A DNA stretch of 64,000 bases. Source: Lingula anatina (taxonomy: Eukaryota > Animalia > Brachiopoda). Location: positions 22,196,001 through 22,260,000 of the forward strand of contig CM120642.1 of NCBI GenBank assembly GCA_051362555.1, given 5' to 3'. A model generated the notes under the pieces. It had not been told where the DNA came from. It worked only from the letters and a program-made list of their open reading frames with translations, and did no database searches. Position numbers and translations under genes: made by a program. Positions within the stretch are counted from its first letter, which is position 1. Every line of letters begins with the position of its first letter. Positions 1 to 11,935 of the stretch are shown here, piece after piece.

Positions 1-1805
1 CAGTAAGTGTTACACTAGTCATGCTAAGGGAAAATGTCCAGCATACGGTAAAACGTGCCGTAGATGCGGGAAACCGAACCATTTTCAAGTTGTCTGCAGA
101 GCTAGTCAACCAAAGAAAAGTAAGCAACCAACCCAGCAAAGAATCAGAGAAGTCAACACAAACTACGCTGCGAAGAATCATTCGTTATTAACACAGTAAG
201 GGATTCGCACACCCCATTGAAAGACATACATGTAAAGTTACAGGTGCATAATGCTGACATGGAAGTAAAAGTGGACACTGGAGCCAGGTGCAACGTTATG
301 AGTTTAGAAAATATCAACACCAGTGACAAGAGCAGATTAATTGGCTTCACGGGATATGCTGTGACCCCTCTAGGAAGCGCAATTTTACCCTGTGTTTACA
401 ATGGAGAAACACATCACATTAAATTCAATGTGATTGATGCCAACGTTCAAACGCTGTTGGGACCGAAAGACAGCATGGAGTGAAGTTATTACAGTTCGCT
501 CAGACTGTATACAGTGTGGACATGACACCAGACATGTTCGCAGAGTACCCTGAGATATTTGATGACAGTTTGGGCAAGTTACCTGTGAAGTATAAAATAA
601 CAGTTGACCCCCAAGTGCCTCCTGTAGTCAGACCAGTGAGAAATTTACCAGTAGCTGTCAAAGATGAGGTACGACAAGAAATGAAGAAATGAAGAATGGC
701 AAGCCAAGGCATCATAGCTAAGGTCACAAAACTGACTGACTGGGTGTCTGTGATGGTGGTAACAAATGAAGAAAACCACAGGAGACATAGGAATATGCAT
801 CGATCCAGGTGATCTTAACAAGGCAATAAAGCGTCCAAGGTACCCAATGAGAACAGTAGAAGAAGTCATAACAGACATGCCCAACGCACAATACTTCACT
901 GTGTTAGATGCGAAGCAAGCATTCTACTGTATACCCCTGGAGGAAGAATCCTCATACTTAACGACGTTTGGGACATCATTCGGTCGCTATAGATACCTCA
1001 GACTTACAATGGGAATCAGCTCAGCTTCAGAGGTGTATCAGCAAGCCATAGAAAATCTCATGACAGGTCTACCATGCAAGATAATAATGGATGACATTTT
1101 GGTATGCAGTGCCACAGAAGAGGAGCACGATGATAACTTAAAGCTAGTGCTTCAGAAGTTGAAAGAAATCAACATAAAGCTGAATAAATCCAAGTGCAAG
1201 TACAAGATGAGAAGAGTCAACTACGTAGGGCACACATTCACAGCAGATGGTCTTAAACCTGATCCAGAGAAAGTGAGAGCAATCAAAGAAATGCCTAAAC
1301 CTAATGATAAGTCGGACTTGTTACATTTTCTTGGCATGATCAAATATTTGTCAAAGTTCATGCCACAGCTCAGTGAGAAGTGCGCTCCGCTGAATGATAG
1401 GATAATTCATTTGTCTGGGAGAATACCAACAATACGGCATTTGAAACAATCAAGCAGATCAGCGAAGATACATGCCTAGCATGCTACAACGTATCCAAAG
1501 AGGTCACGTTGACTTGTGATGCTTCACAAGAAGGCATTGGAGCTGCATGTCTACAAAATGGGAAACCAGTGGCATATGCATCCAGGGCGATGACAGATAC
1601 AGAAAAGCGTTACGCGCAGATAGAAAAAGAATTACTAGCAGTCGTCTTTGCATGCGCAAAGTTTAGAGGCTACATATATGTGAAAGAAATCACGATCGAG
1701 ACTGATCACCAGCCACTTATCTCAATATGGAAGAAACCATTAGCAACTGCACCAGCAAGATTGCAGCGTATGTTATTACAGTTGCAACCATACAGAATTA
1801 ACTTA
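1..1805 (+). mobile_element. Ty3/Gypsy LTR retrotransposon internal fragment (gag zinc knuckle, protease, RT, RNase H), frameshifted and truncated
   Basis: CPAYGKTCRRCGKPNHFQVVC knuckle at the window start; VDTGA protease motif (217..483); RT with LDAKQAF and IMDDIL (766..1479); RNase H TCDAS...YAQIEKELLAV...ETDHQPL (1509-1805). Stops and frameshifts between modules; ends abruptly in low-complexity DNA. Confidence 0.95.
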
Positions 1806-3245
1806 ATGTTTGTTTGTAATCACTATCATTGCTGTGCATGTTTATTTGGCACTGTTTGTGTTTCTATTTATTGTGATCACTGTATATGTTTGTGTTGTTA
1901 CTGTTGGTGTTTGTATTTATTGTGAGCACTGTGTATGTCATTTCTGTCACTCTATTTGTTTATCATTATAACTATAGCGCTGAATGATGGTGTTGTCAAT
2001 GTATGTCTATGTGTCTGTTTCTATTCTGTTTTCTGTGTCTATTCTGTATTGTTACTAAATGTGTTTGTTTATATTTGGATGAATGTGTACGGCTAGGTTT
2101 GCACTCTTTTCCCTTGTGTTCATTGTTATTACGGTGCACGTTACTATTGTCACTTTACATGTTAATATTTAATTTTATCACTGTGTATGATTGTGTCGTT
2201 ACTGTTTGTGTATGCATATGATTCTGTTTACTGTGTTAGTCTGTTTGTCCTATAACTGTGCATGTTTATGTTGTCACTGTTTGTGTTTGTGCTTATTGTG
2301 ATCACTGTATATGTTTGCGTCGTTACTGTTGATGTTTGTATTTATTGTGAACACTGTTTCCATTCTGTACCATCATTGTATGTGTTTGATATATATTGTG
2401 ATCACTGTGTATGTCTCTGTATTAACTCCATCACTGATCACTGTGTATGACTGTGTAATCATCCAATTAATTTATGTTCATTCTGATTACTGTATATGTT
2501 TGTGCTGTCACTGTGTATGTCAAAATTTATTCTGATCACTGTGTATGTCTGTATTGTGCCTGTGTTTGTTTGTATTTACATTACTGTTCATGTTTGTGTT
2601 GTCATTGTTTGTGTTTGTATTTATTGTGATCAATGTGTGTGTATGTCAGTTTTGTCAATGTTTGTAATCATTACTATTACTCTGCATAATGGTTGTCACT
2701 GTATGTCTATGTGTCTATTTATATTCTGTTTGCTGAGTCTATTCTGTATTTTCACTGTATGTGTTTGCATGTATTGTGATCACTGTGTTAGTCTGTTTGT
2801 CCTATTTGTTTGTTATCATTATCAATACTATGCATGTTTAAGTTGTGTTTATATCACTGTATATGTTTGCATCATACTGTTTGTGTTTGTATTTATTGTG
2901 AGCAATGTGCATGTCAGATTTGTCAGTCTATATGTTTTTAAACATAATTATAACTGTGATTGTTGGTGTTGTTGCTGTAAGCATAGTTTGTGTGTCTTTC
3001 TATACTCTGATTCCCGTTTCCATTCTTCATGTATTGTCATTGTATGTGTTTGTATATATATATTATGATCACTGTGTATGTATCTGTTTTCACCCAGTCA
3101 CTAATCACTGTGTATTACTGTGTAATCATCCAATCAATTTGTATTCAGTCTGGTCACTGTACATGGTTGTGTTGTCACTGTACATGCCAAAATTTATTCT
3201 GATCACTGTGTATGTCTGTATTGTGACTGTGTTTGTTTGTATTTA
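1806..3245. repeat. Degenerate TG-rich low-complexity/minisatellite tract
   Basis: Recurrent gatcactgtgtatgt(t/c)tgt-type units with internal duplications; source of the spurious Cys/Val-rich ORFs. Confidence 0.9.
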
Positions 3246-3274
3246 ATTTGATAGTAAACTTTTCATGTTTCAAA

Positions 3275-3597
3275 TTTCCACTCCAGGACAAGTAACATAT
3301 AACACTGTGATCTAATGTATTGCTGTATTCAATATATTTCCACTCCAGGACAAGTCACATATAACACTGTGATCTAACACATTGCTGCAGTCTATATATT
3401 TCCACTCTATGACAAGTCACATATAACACTGTGATCTAACACATTGCTGTAGTCTATATATTTCCACTCCAGGACAAGTCACATATAACACTGATAAAAC
3501 ACATTGCTGTAGTCTATATATTTCCACTCCAGGACAAGTCACATATAACACTGTGATCAAACGTAATGCTGTAGTCTATATATTTCCACTCCAGGAC
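3275..3597 (+). repeat. 62-bp tandem minisatellite, about 5.3 copies
   Basis: tttccactccaggacaagtcacatataacactgtgatctaacacattgctgtagtctatata units start at 3275, 3337, 3399, 3461, 3521, 3583. Confidence 0.95.
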
Positions 3598-3754
3598 CCG
3601 ATGTCCTCCATCTGGACTGAATCAACAGGCATTAAAAGCAACACGGCACCAAGACCTTTGGTGAACCTTCATTATGGAACTTTACATACTGGATTACCGA
3701 AGATAGTACTAAAAACACTTTACCCACGTTTGATCATGCGATGCTCTTTACTGG
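3595..3754 (+). CDS. Metalloprotease exon A (DPMSSIWTE...LWNFTYWI...LPTFDHAMLFTG), frameshifted
   Basis: Acceptor tttccactccag, donor gtaagt at 3755. The FDHAMLFT strand is typical of ADAMTS-like catalytic domains. The frame changes near 3667. Confidence 0.8.
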
Positions 3755-4113
3755 GTAAGTGCACCCTTGCTCCTCTCTTTGAACGAGGTTTATTCTGTCT
3801 TCCCAATGTTTTAATAACACCCGTACAACACAAGTCAGCTCACCAGTTCGGTGCTGATAGTTTAAACACCCAGTTATGCTTCTCTTGGATGATGCTTACA
3901 ATCATAATTTGAAATGAAAGGAAATTAATTGATAAGGACTAAAGTGAATGCCATTTTATCTTCCGTTCGTTTCCTTAGCGGGCAAATTTGCTGCAATATT
4001 GCTGTAAATTAGGAGCAAGATTTTTTTCTTGCAAACTTGTTGCTTGAAACTTTACATTTTGCTACAGGTTGCTATATTTCTAAATCGTATTATATATTGT
4101 ACAACTCTACCAG

Positions 4114-4169
4114 GTGTGACATATGGAACGGCGAGGACGCAAGCGGTAACAAAGCAGTGTCTGTGGCAG
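4114..4169 (+). CDS. Metalloprotease exon B (CDIWNGEDASGNKAVSVA)
   Basis: Acceptor ctctaccag, donor gtatga; phases 2 and 1 fit the neighbouring exons exactly. Confidence 0.8.
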
Positions 4170-4487
4170 GTATGACGATGTTTCCGAGATTTTCTTTTTG
4201 GCATAAGAAATAATCACTGCATGTAGATAACGGTTGTTAATTATTTATATATAGATCTTTTATGGTATTTGCACTGTTATTTCTAATATATCCGGAATTT
4301 GCAAGTGCTGCTTCTTCGCTTCTTCAACCGAATAACGCTTATTTCTGTAGAAAACATTCCAATGCCACTGTTACTGCCACTTTTCTTTTAGCAAACGATG
4401 CTGATAGTAGTACAAAAAACAGCAACCACTTTTACAAATGTTCATACAATATCACTCATACAACAAGCGCTCCAACCGTGTTACTAA

Positions 4488-4710
4488 TACCCCCTTTACA
4501 CTGGACGGCGTCCTTTCTGCGTCCTTTCTGCGACCATGATATTTGGCATCACTGTGGTCTTAATAAGGAGGCACGAGCATTGATTTTGTATCAGAATGAA
4601 TGCTCAATGATCGGCCAGTTGTCGGCACGTAAAGTATTATAATTTTTTAACTCTCAAATGGGGCCGTACTGCTGGACGCAGAAAGGACGCCGTCCAGTGT
4701 AAAGGGGGCT
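4488..4710. mobile_element. PIF/Harbinger-type MITE
   Basis: Perfect 35-bp TIR ccccctttacactggacggcgtcctttctgcgtcc (4490-4524 / 4674-4708); TAA on both flanks. Confidence 0.85.
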
Positions 4711-4734
4711 TAACTGCCTGCTTAACAACTGCAG

Positions 4735-4840
4735 GTGTTGCGAAGGTGGGTCAGATATGTCAGCGGGACAGGACGTCTATTAACGAGGATCACGGAGGGT
4801 TTGCATGCATAGGTGTCAGCTCACACGAAATGGGACACAA
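4735..4840 (+). CDS. Metalloprotease exon C (VAKVGQICQRDRTSINEDHGGFACIGVSSHEMGH)
   Basis: Acceptor ctgcag, donor gtaaga; carries HExGH of the metzincin zinc motif. Confidence 0.9.
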
Positions 4841-5153
4841 GTAAGACGATAGACGTATGCAGTTGGGATTATTCCTTGTCACATGACATCAGTCACGAAG
4901 AAACTCATGATACTATGTAAAATTGTTTGAATAAGAGCATCATGAGGACATGATTTAATAATTCATTATATGTAATTGTCCTTGAGTTCCCTCGGCAGAG
5001 CTCAATCCATACACCCATATACCTTTACTGTTTGGTAAATAAGATATAGCGTTACGTACCATCATGGTTTTTCCAAAGGGTTTGCAATAATATGGGTTAG
5101 TTGCATTTCGTTTGAACATCATAGTGTATACGAACTATTTCAATTCTCTCCAG

Positions 5154-5321
5154 CCTAGGTGCGGTACATGATGGAGATAACAATACATGCAATGGGAGCC
5201 AGCAGTACATTATGGCGGCCGTTTCGGACGGTAATGCCCCCATGTCAGCACTGAGGAATTCCTTCACGTTCTCAAAGTGTTCGGTGGAAGCTTTCCGCCA
5301 GAAGATCTCTGAGTTGAACAG
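5154..5321 (+). CDS. Metalloprotease exon D (LGAVHDGDNNTC...YIMAA...FTFSKCSVEAF)
   Basis: Acceptor ttctctccag, donor gtgagg; third zinc His, Met-turn and FSxCS motif. Confidence 0.9.
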
Positions 5322-5661
5322 GTGAGGGAGATACAACTCCCCAAACAGTTCTGACTGTATCAGGAAATCAATAAAACTTGTAAATGGATAGTTTACTGGA
5401 TTAACTGCTTCACAAAAAGTGTAATACGCTTCAAATATCTTAAATCACAAAACCATACCTATATTTAATCGACTAAGTACATGTACATACACGTCGCTCA
5501 AAGTGTTTGACTTGCTTAGTTGTTAAGCAATAGCATTCGAATTCACGCAATAGAAAACCAAAAAGACAACGAAAATAGGTGACAAATTGTAAAGGTATTT
5601 ATGTATGAGAGCAATTTGCTCTTAATTACTTTACCTGTATTTTTGTATTTTAAACTTCTAG

Positions 5662-6548
5662 CAGATTCAACCTACCTTGAATCAGGAGACAGGGCCCAGA
5701 ATTGCAGAAAAGAGCGTAATAACCCAGAGAACATCGTAAATTGTTGTGAAACTTGTGCTTCACCAGACAGTGGCAGCACCACGGAGACCACCCCGGAACA
5801 GCAGCTGCCTGTTGTGATTGCATTGCCTTTAGAGATCAAAATTAACGCCACCTTCTGCACGCGACTAACGGATTCTAATACGCTGGAGTTTAAAGCTATG
5901 AGCAACTTTGCGTGTTATCCAGTGTAGAGAAGCTTGATTCAGCTTATTCCCAATACTTCTATATTAGATGTAAAGTGCTTTCATTTCGAAAAGGTAGCGT
6001 GATAGCAGACACACGGATAGAATTTTTCAAGGAAATCATCGAACACAAACTTACCACCGCTGACAGACATTAAAGATAACATCAACAACGCCTTTCAGAC
6101 AAACCACATACAACTGGTTAAATTGGATCTTATGTTTGATGAATGTCACTCACCTGACATACGTGTTACCTGCTCCAGGTATGCAGATTGTGAGGACAAG
6201 ACAGTCGGTTACTCTTGCCTCTGTATCCCCGGTTATAGCAACACTTCGAATGGCGGGGATTCGTGTGCTGAAAGTTGTGAAAAAGCTCCGTGTAAAAATG
6301 ACGGCAAGTGCATGGAAAACCAAGACGGCCCTGTGTCGTGTCAGTGTGCGGAGGGGTTTGAAGGGCCCCGTTGTGAGAGGGTGTTTGTCCCCACGTGGCA
6401 AGAGCCAGTGATCATTGGTGGGGTTTGCGGTGGGTTAGTTGTGATAATACTGCTGCTGTTTGTATATATATCATGTGTAAATAGAAAAAGGCAACCTGAG
6501 CAGCATCGATCATCGTCTGGCTACGACAACCGGGTCTATGCTGGATAA
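5662..6548 (+). CDS. Terminal exon: Cys-rich module (GD...C...CCETC), S/T linker, SEA domain (GSVI), two EGF-like repeats, TM helix, YDNRVY tail; disrupted
   Basis: ORFs 5601..5927 and 6123..6548 share a frame and are joined by reading through TAG5925. GSVIADTRIEF lies in the adjacent frame from 5993. EGF cysteine spacing; hydrophobic VIIGGVCGGLVVIILLLFVYI followed by basic NRKR. Confidence 0.8.
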
Positions 6549-7739
6549 CGTGATCGTTTGAATAACCAAGTTAATTCCTTTTGTAACTTACTTGTGTTAT
6601 TAAATATATCATTTTGTCACATGTCACTCCTTATGGTATATATGTTCATGTTGCTTAAACTAGTTGGTAAACGCTCAGCTGTTCAAATAACATCTTAAAA
6701 TAAGATTACAAACTGCTGTAGATACGAACCGCTGCAATAGCGTTTCTTTGCGCATATTATTGTATTCATGTTAAAGCAGTCAGCATCGTTGTCTATTGCA
6801 CAACTACAGCACAACGGGTGACGCAATTTCTTGTGAGCACGTCGTTAAAAATCTGCCATACGTTTTTACTGGAAATAAATTAACATTGTAAAAGTATGTT
6901 GTTACGGTGTATTGCTAAGAAAAATTAAAAATGCTGATTGTATTCCAACTTGTGTAACCCCTTGTACTGAAATTCTAACACGGTAATGTTATGCAATTGA
7001 TCCTTGTCTTTAAAGTCAAATCTCAATCACGGAAGCGAAGCCAATATTAGAAACAAAAGTCTCTTCAAAGTTATAAATTTAAATAATGAGTGGCCACCTC
7101 TTTTGAGCCGACAGAAATGGGAGACTCAGTGACAATTCTAAAATTGTTGAAATACTTTGACCTCATTATTGTCGTTTAATTGGCTCTTTTAATTTCTTCC
7201 CCCAATAAAAGTCACCGCACCTGAGATAATTTAGTTAAAGCCAGTCCCAGGCCCGAGAGTTACATGTATGTAACCTCCTACCCGGAGAACACATCCATGT
7301 TTAGGGCAACTTTAACAAATAATGTAGTCCCAGTACTTATAGTTTTATTGATCTTCCTTTCAAGTCGGTCACAGTTATATATTCAAGAGAACATTTCGCC
7401 CAGGTCCGAGTATCCTAACTCACATATGACAGTGAACAAATTTATTTTCTATAAGATACGCTTACTGTAAGATTTAAGGGACGCAGGATAGTTCGATTCT
7501 CTATAAAAACTGGACCTCTCGGAGAGAAAGACCCCTGGAGATCGTCAAGACTGCTCTTGCCTGTGAGCCAGACTGGCCCGTGTTTGAGGAATAAAGGCTA
7601 CTAGAGACTCCATGCTGACTGGCGAGATCACCGTTGATTCACCGTTCACATCAAAATGTGAAACCAACCACGGTTCCACTTTGAAACGATTAAAGAGTAA
7701 ACAATCACAAACACATTATTAGTGAAAGATTAGAAAGAA

Positions 7740-8300
7740 TGTCATTCGCTGAAATCCGGTGTGATTTTCAAATGAGGTAAGAAACGAAGAAATGCAATGG
7801 TTTTATAGTCGTGAGTTCTTCGGTCGGGAATACTGTGGCTTGCTTCTTTTCTGGCCTGGACTAAGCAGAGAATATTTTTTGGAATCTGGCCCAGCCCTTC
7901 CACAATTCCACTGCTTCCTCGAATGAACAAAACTCGGGGCGCTGTCGTACGAAGAAACAGCTGGTATTTCTCCATTGATTGTCAATAGTTTTCCCATTCA
8001 ATCACTTTTAGCCTGTATTTGTCATTTGTATGAACATTCTAGCTGCTCAGCTCCCTTTGTGTAGCTCTACCTCACTGTCTAGTAGTTGCTGTAGGAGCTC
8101 CATAAGCAGATTTTCCACATATCGTTCAAAGGTCCCATTACTGCTGTAGGTAATAATTAGTGACTATTTGGTCTTGTTATTCGTTTTGTTCATCTCTGTC
8201 GCCAGTCGACCGTGCTGTGTTACCACGAACGACAACGGAATTCATATCAAAGGGTTGTTCTGAAGTAAAAAGACAGACTTGTAAATCAGTGAAAATCCAA
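7740..8300 (-). mobile_element. Possible highly decayed LTR-retrotransposon integrase remnant
   Basis: Fragmentary peptides GEIPAVSSYDSAPSF and SGIVEGLGQIPKNIL resemble GIP..V.SDNGPxF and SNG.VER.VQ..KN.L. Confidence 0.35.
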
Positions 8301-8915
8301 GAGTGTAATAATCAGCAGCACAATGTTACGTAGGCCTAAAACATTGTGGAAATTAGCACAGCAAAAAGTATCCAGCATGCAATAATGTGCTACCAGTAAT
8401 GGTCGAACAGTAACGGATTAAAAAGAAAGAGAGGCTCTCTATACCGACATGATATTTTATATAGGATATTATTACAAAACACATTTTCTTCAATTTTCAA
8501 TATTTTTTGAAATATTAATTTAAAGTCATAAGTGAAAACAACACTTGCTATCGTGTTTGATGTGCAGTGATTGGGTTGGGTGGGTCATGGGGGGGGGGGG
8601 GGCAGCATGCACCCAGCTGAAGGAGGCGAGGAGGCGATAGGCCTACACTTGCTTCGTATGAAACATGTATCGCCCCTTTCATTGGCAATATCGTTCAATT
8701 TTTACATTTTTGAGATTCTAAGATTTTTTTCCAAATTTTAACAAATTCTAAGATTTTTCTGCAACTTTTATTATAATAAAACCTCTATATTATTACTTGT
8801 AACGTTCCGAAGACGATTTAATCGCAAACAAATGATACCCCTGTCTGACATAAATTAATTTTAAATAAATCAGATAAAAATTAAATAATATTTTTATAAA
8901 TAGTAATTAATTTTT

Positions 8916-9030
8916 AAAAGTAAAGTTTAATAAAGAAAGAAAATATCATAATTCTCATCATTATTAGTAATAATAACACTAATAATGATGAGAATTATGA
9001 TATTTTCTTTCTTTATTAAACTTTACTTTT
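8916..9030. repeat. Perfect AT-rich inverted repeat (53-bp arms, 9-nt loop)
   Basis: 8916-8968 is the exact reverse complement of 8978-9030. Confidence 0.95.
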
Positions 9031-9452
9031 GAGAGAAAAAAACATAGTACAAACATACAAGTTTAACCACGCATTTCTTCAGATAAATAATCATATTATC
9101 TTATTATCTTTATTAATTCAAGACATGGCAGCAAATGCGGTACACTTCAAACACAATGTCTATTTTTTTTCCAATTATTGCATGGTACTTTTTATTAAGC
9201 AATAGCACGTAAAGGAAATGAGTTAGGCTTAGAAATTAATTTCAGAGGGATATCTTACATGCCTGCTTCCATAAGTGCAATTGGTATCACTGAATCGATT
9301 AAAATAAAGGGAATCGTGATCTGATTTTTTTTTTCATATTTGAGCAGAATATTTCAATATGAAATTGAGAAGCCTTTTATACATAAAAAAATCAAATTCG
9401 GCCTGCTTTCTTTGTTATCGTGAGGAGCTTAAAGTCACTTCCTGTTATAGTA

Positions 9453-11300
9453 CACTATTGCCCAAAATGGCTGGTAGGCCCCTACATGTCTAAAAAAACT
9501 TCACTTTTTGGGATATTTTACTCACATTTCTAAAACCCAACACTTGGTACGAAAAAGGAGTCGTTGCAGCAATTTGCACGACATTAAGTAACATGCATGT
9601 GTACTATGAACACTTTTCAGTCAGTCATTCTCTATTGGTTATGACTGGAATGTCTGGGGTGTGTGAAACATGTCACAGATTTGCATTTTAGTAACTGTGT
9701 CTACCGATTACTGAGACCATGCCGCAGCCTACCAATATGTTAATGGGACACCAGATGGTTGCATATGCAGATATGGGCAAGGAACAAATCCAGATAGCCA
9801 GACGTTTGGGTGTGGAAAGGAAAACTGTGAATAAAATCTTGAGGAGAAGGGCTGTGGCAGGAAATGTGGCACCTGTTAAATCTACGGGTAGACCGCGAAG
9901 TGGAAACACCAGAAGTGATCGTGTCATCGTCAATGGTAAGAAGAGAGCGGACCAAAACTGCCAACGTCATTACCTTAGAGCTACAGGCCCGACATTTGGC
10001 TCGATTGTCTCGCCGGACGGTAAACTACAGGGCCCGGTTTCATCAAGGCTGGATAGGCTATCCTATGGTTAACACTATCCAAGGTATAAATTTCTTATCC
10101 TCTGTATAGTTATCCTCTGTATAAATTTGTGTTTCATAAAGGCTGGATAAACAGCATGATAGTTATCCAGTGGATAAGAATTTTATCCAATACCATATTT
10201 GGAAAAAGACATTCCCATAATGCAATTAGTTGCTATAAACATTGTAAAAGCCATGAAACCGGGCCCAGGCTGTTGGAACACGGGTATCCTTCTAGAAGAA
10301 TGTCGTAGAAGCCACGCTTGGCACCTGCACCTCGAGCAAACAGGCTGCAGTGGGTGCGGCAAAACCGTAACCTTACGGTCCAACATTGGAATCACATGGT
10401 GTTTGCTGATGAGACCCGTTTTCTACTGTATCGAACAGATAGAAGAATGAGAGTGTGCAGACCCGTTGGAGAATGGCTGTTGACTGAAAATACCCAAGAA
10501 AAAATAGCTGGAGGAGGTGGTTCCGTACATGTTTGGGGTACCATTTGCAGCAACGGCATTTGCCCATTGCTTCCTCTGGATGAAAACCTTAACGCTGCCA
10601 GATACAGGGACATTCTCTAACAGAAACTGGAGCCGTTCGCAAGAGGGATATACAGAGACAATTTTAGATTGCAACATGACAACGCTACTCCTCATACAGA
10701 TTGCTAAATTAACGACTATGTCCGCCAAAACAACATTCAGCTGATGCCACAGCCAGCAAGCAGCCCAGATGAATACCCAATTGGGAACAAGTGGGACGAA
10801 CTTGGTAGTGCTATTCAAAGGAGAAACCCTTCCGCTGCAAATTTAGATCAACTTTGAGATGCCCTTCAAGTTGAATGGACCAGAATTCCTCTCCAAAGAG
10901 CTGTAGCTCATTTTGCCACTCCTGGCGGCCATAATCCAAGCTCGCGGTGGAGTATTCCTGCTACTGAGGTTAATAATGAAGTCTGAATGGTTTTCATGGC
11001 AATCTCCCCAAATTTCATATTAATTGTCAATCACAATACAAATTTATGTTTCATTTTTCACTTATTACTGCTGTATAAAAAAAACTCATTTCGGGGGGCA
11101 TGAGGAAAAAACCCTTAATAAATAAACACTTTTATTAGTTTTGCATTTTTTGTTTCTCTTTCACTTTCCTAATCCTCCAGCTTTACATATTTAGCAATAT
11201 AAAGGGTATAATTATATAAAGGTAATAACAATAATAATGAAAGAAACAGAGCGAAATACATCCCTAAATTTCCATGTATCAACCAATTTGGGCAAGAGTG
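9453..11300 (+). mobile_element. Tc1-family DNA transposon, decayed transposase
   Basis: Imperfect TIRs cactattgcccaaaatgg / ccaatttgggcaagagtg with TA on both sides. HTH region ending KSTGRPR (9719); DDE-region motifs VFADETRF, LQHDNATPH, SPDEYPIGNKW. Confidence 0.9.
10031..10265. mobile_element. PIF/Harbinger-type MITE inserted in the Tc1 transposase
   Basis: TIR ggcccggtttcat / atgaaaccgggcc, CAG TSD; removal restores RTVNYRLLEHGYPSRR. Confidence 0.85.
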
Positions 11301-11766
11301 TATATTGCGCCGTGACTATCACTAGATGTGTTCCCGCCTTGAGTAGGAGGCTGGTCTGGAACGGTTTCAGTGTTTGGCACCTCTTCTCTCCAAGTCACCA
11401 ATACCATATCTGTCATAGTGGTGATTACAAGGCCAAATTATATTTGAGAAACTTTCACATTTAAATCAAATGCAAATTGTATTGAAGTTTGGTAAAGATT
11501 GTTCAAGTGTCTCGAACAGTATAATGATATTATATGAATCTGTTAACGTATTTTATTCACTGGAAAGATCTGAAACCGAGTTTTAAAGGATGTTTTCAGC
11601 TTTCAAAGGATTGAATGTCTTTACTTACGGCTTCATCTCCTAGTTAAGTTTAAGTCTTAATTAAGTTGAAATGCCTTAATCCCCAGATAACAGCTCCACC
11701 TTGCATGTGCTCTGCTTTGCATGATTGTGCTCTAAACTAGCTTTTCGATGATTGAATTTGTAAAGT

Positions 11767-11935
11767 TTTGTAAAGCTTCCTTTCTGGTCCTCAAATCAAG
11801 TTCGGTCCCTTGGTTCTAAACTGTTTACCAGAGGCTCTGTTCTGGTCCTACACCTGTAAATGTCCATCATGACGTGTTCAAACGTGTTCCCCAAACGTGT
11901 ACTTGGCTGACTCTCTTTTGGGCCCCAAACTTTTT
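11767..11935 (+). repeat. Dispersed repeat of about 165 bp, inverted copy at 15638-15803
   Basis: ctggtcctcaaatcaagttcggtcccttggttctaaactgtttac is matched in reverse complement near 15745-15787. Confidence 0.85.

Larger units (their letters stand above)
3595..6548 (+). pseudogene. Spliced reprolysin (M12B)/ADAMTS-like metalloprotease with C-terminal Cys-rich module, SEA, 2xEGF and TM; 3' part, disrupted
   Basis: Five GT-AG-bounded exons (3595-3754, 4114-4169, 4735-4840, 5154-5321, 5662-6548). Spliced translation: FDHAMLFTG|CDIW...SVAG|VAKVGQIC...SINEDHGG...HEMGHN|LGAVHDG...YIMAA...FSKCS. Frameshift in the first exon; in-frame TAG (5925) and two compensating indels in the last exon. Confidence 0.85.

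Noticed and set aside
2003-3246. Cys/Val-rich ORFs up to 190 aa
   Set aside because: Translations of a TG-rich low-complexity tract, open in several frames, with no domain features.
3275-3597. CRISPR-like periodic array
   Set aside because: Units are head-to-tail with no unique spacers, there are no cas genes, and the context is eukaryotic.
5601-6548. Intronless processed pseudogene of a mucin
   Set aside because: It has a splice acceptor at 5661, upstream spliced exons on the same strand, and no poly(A) or TSD.
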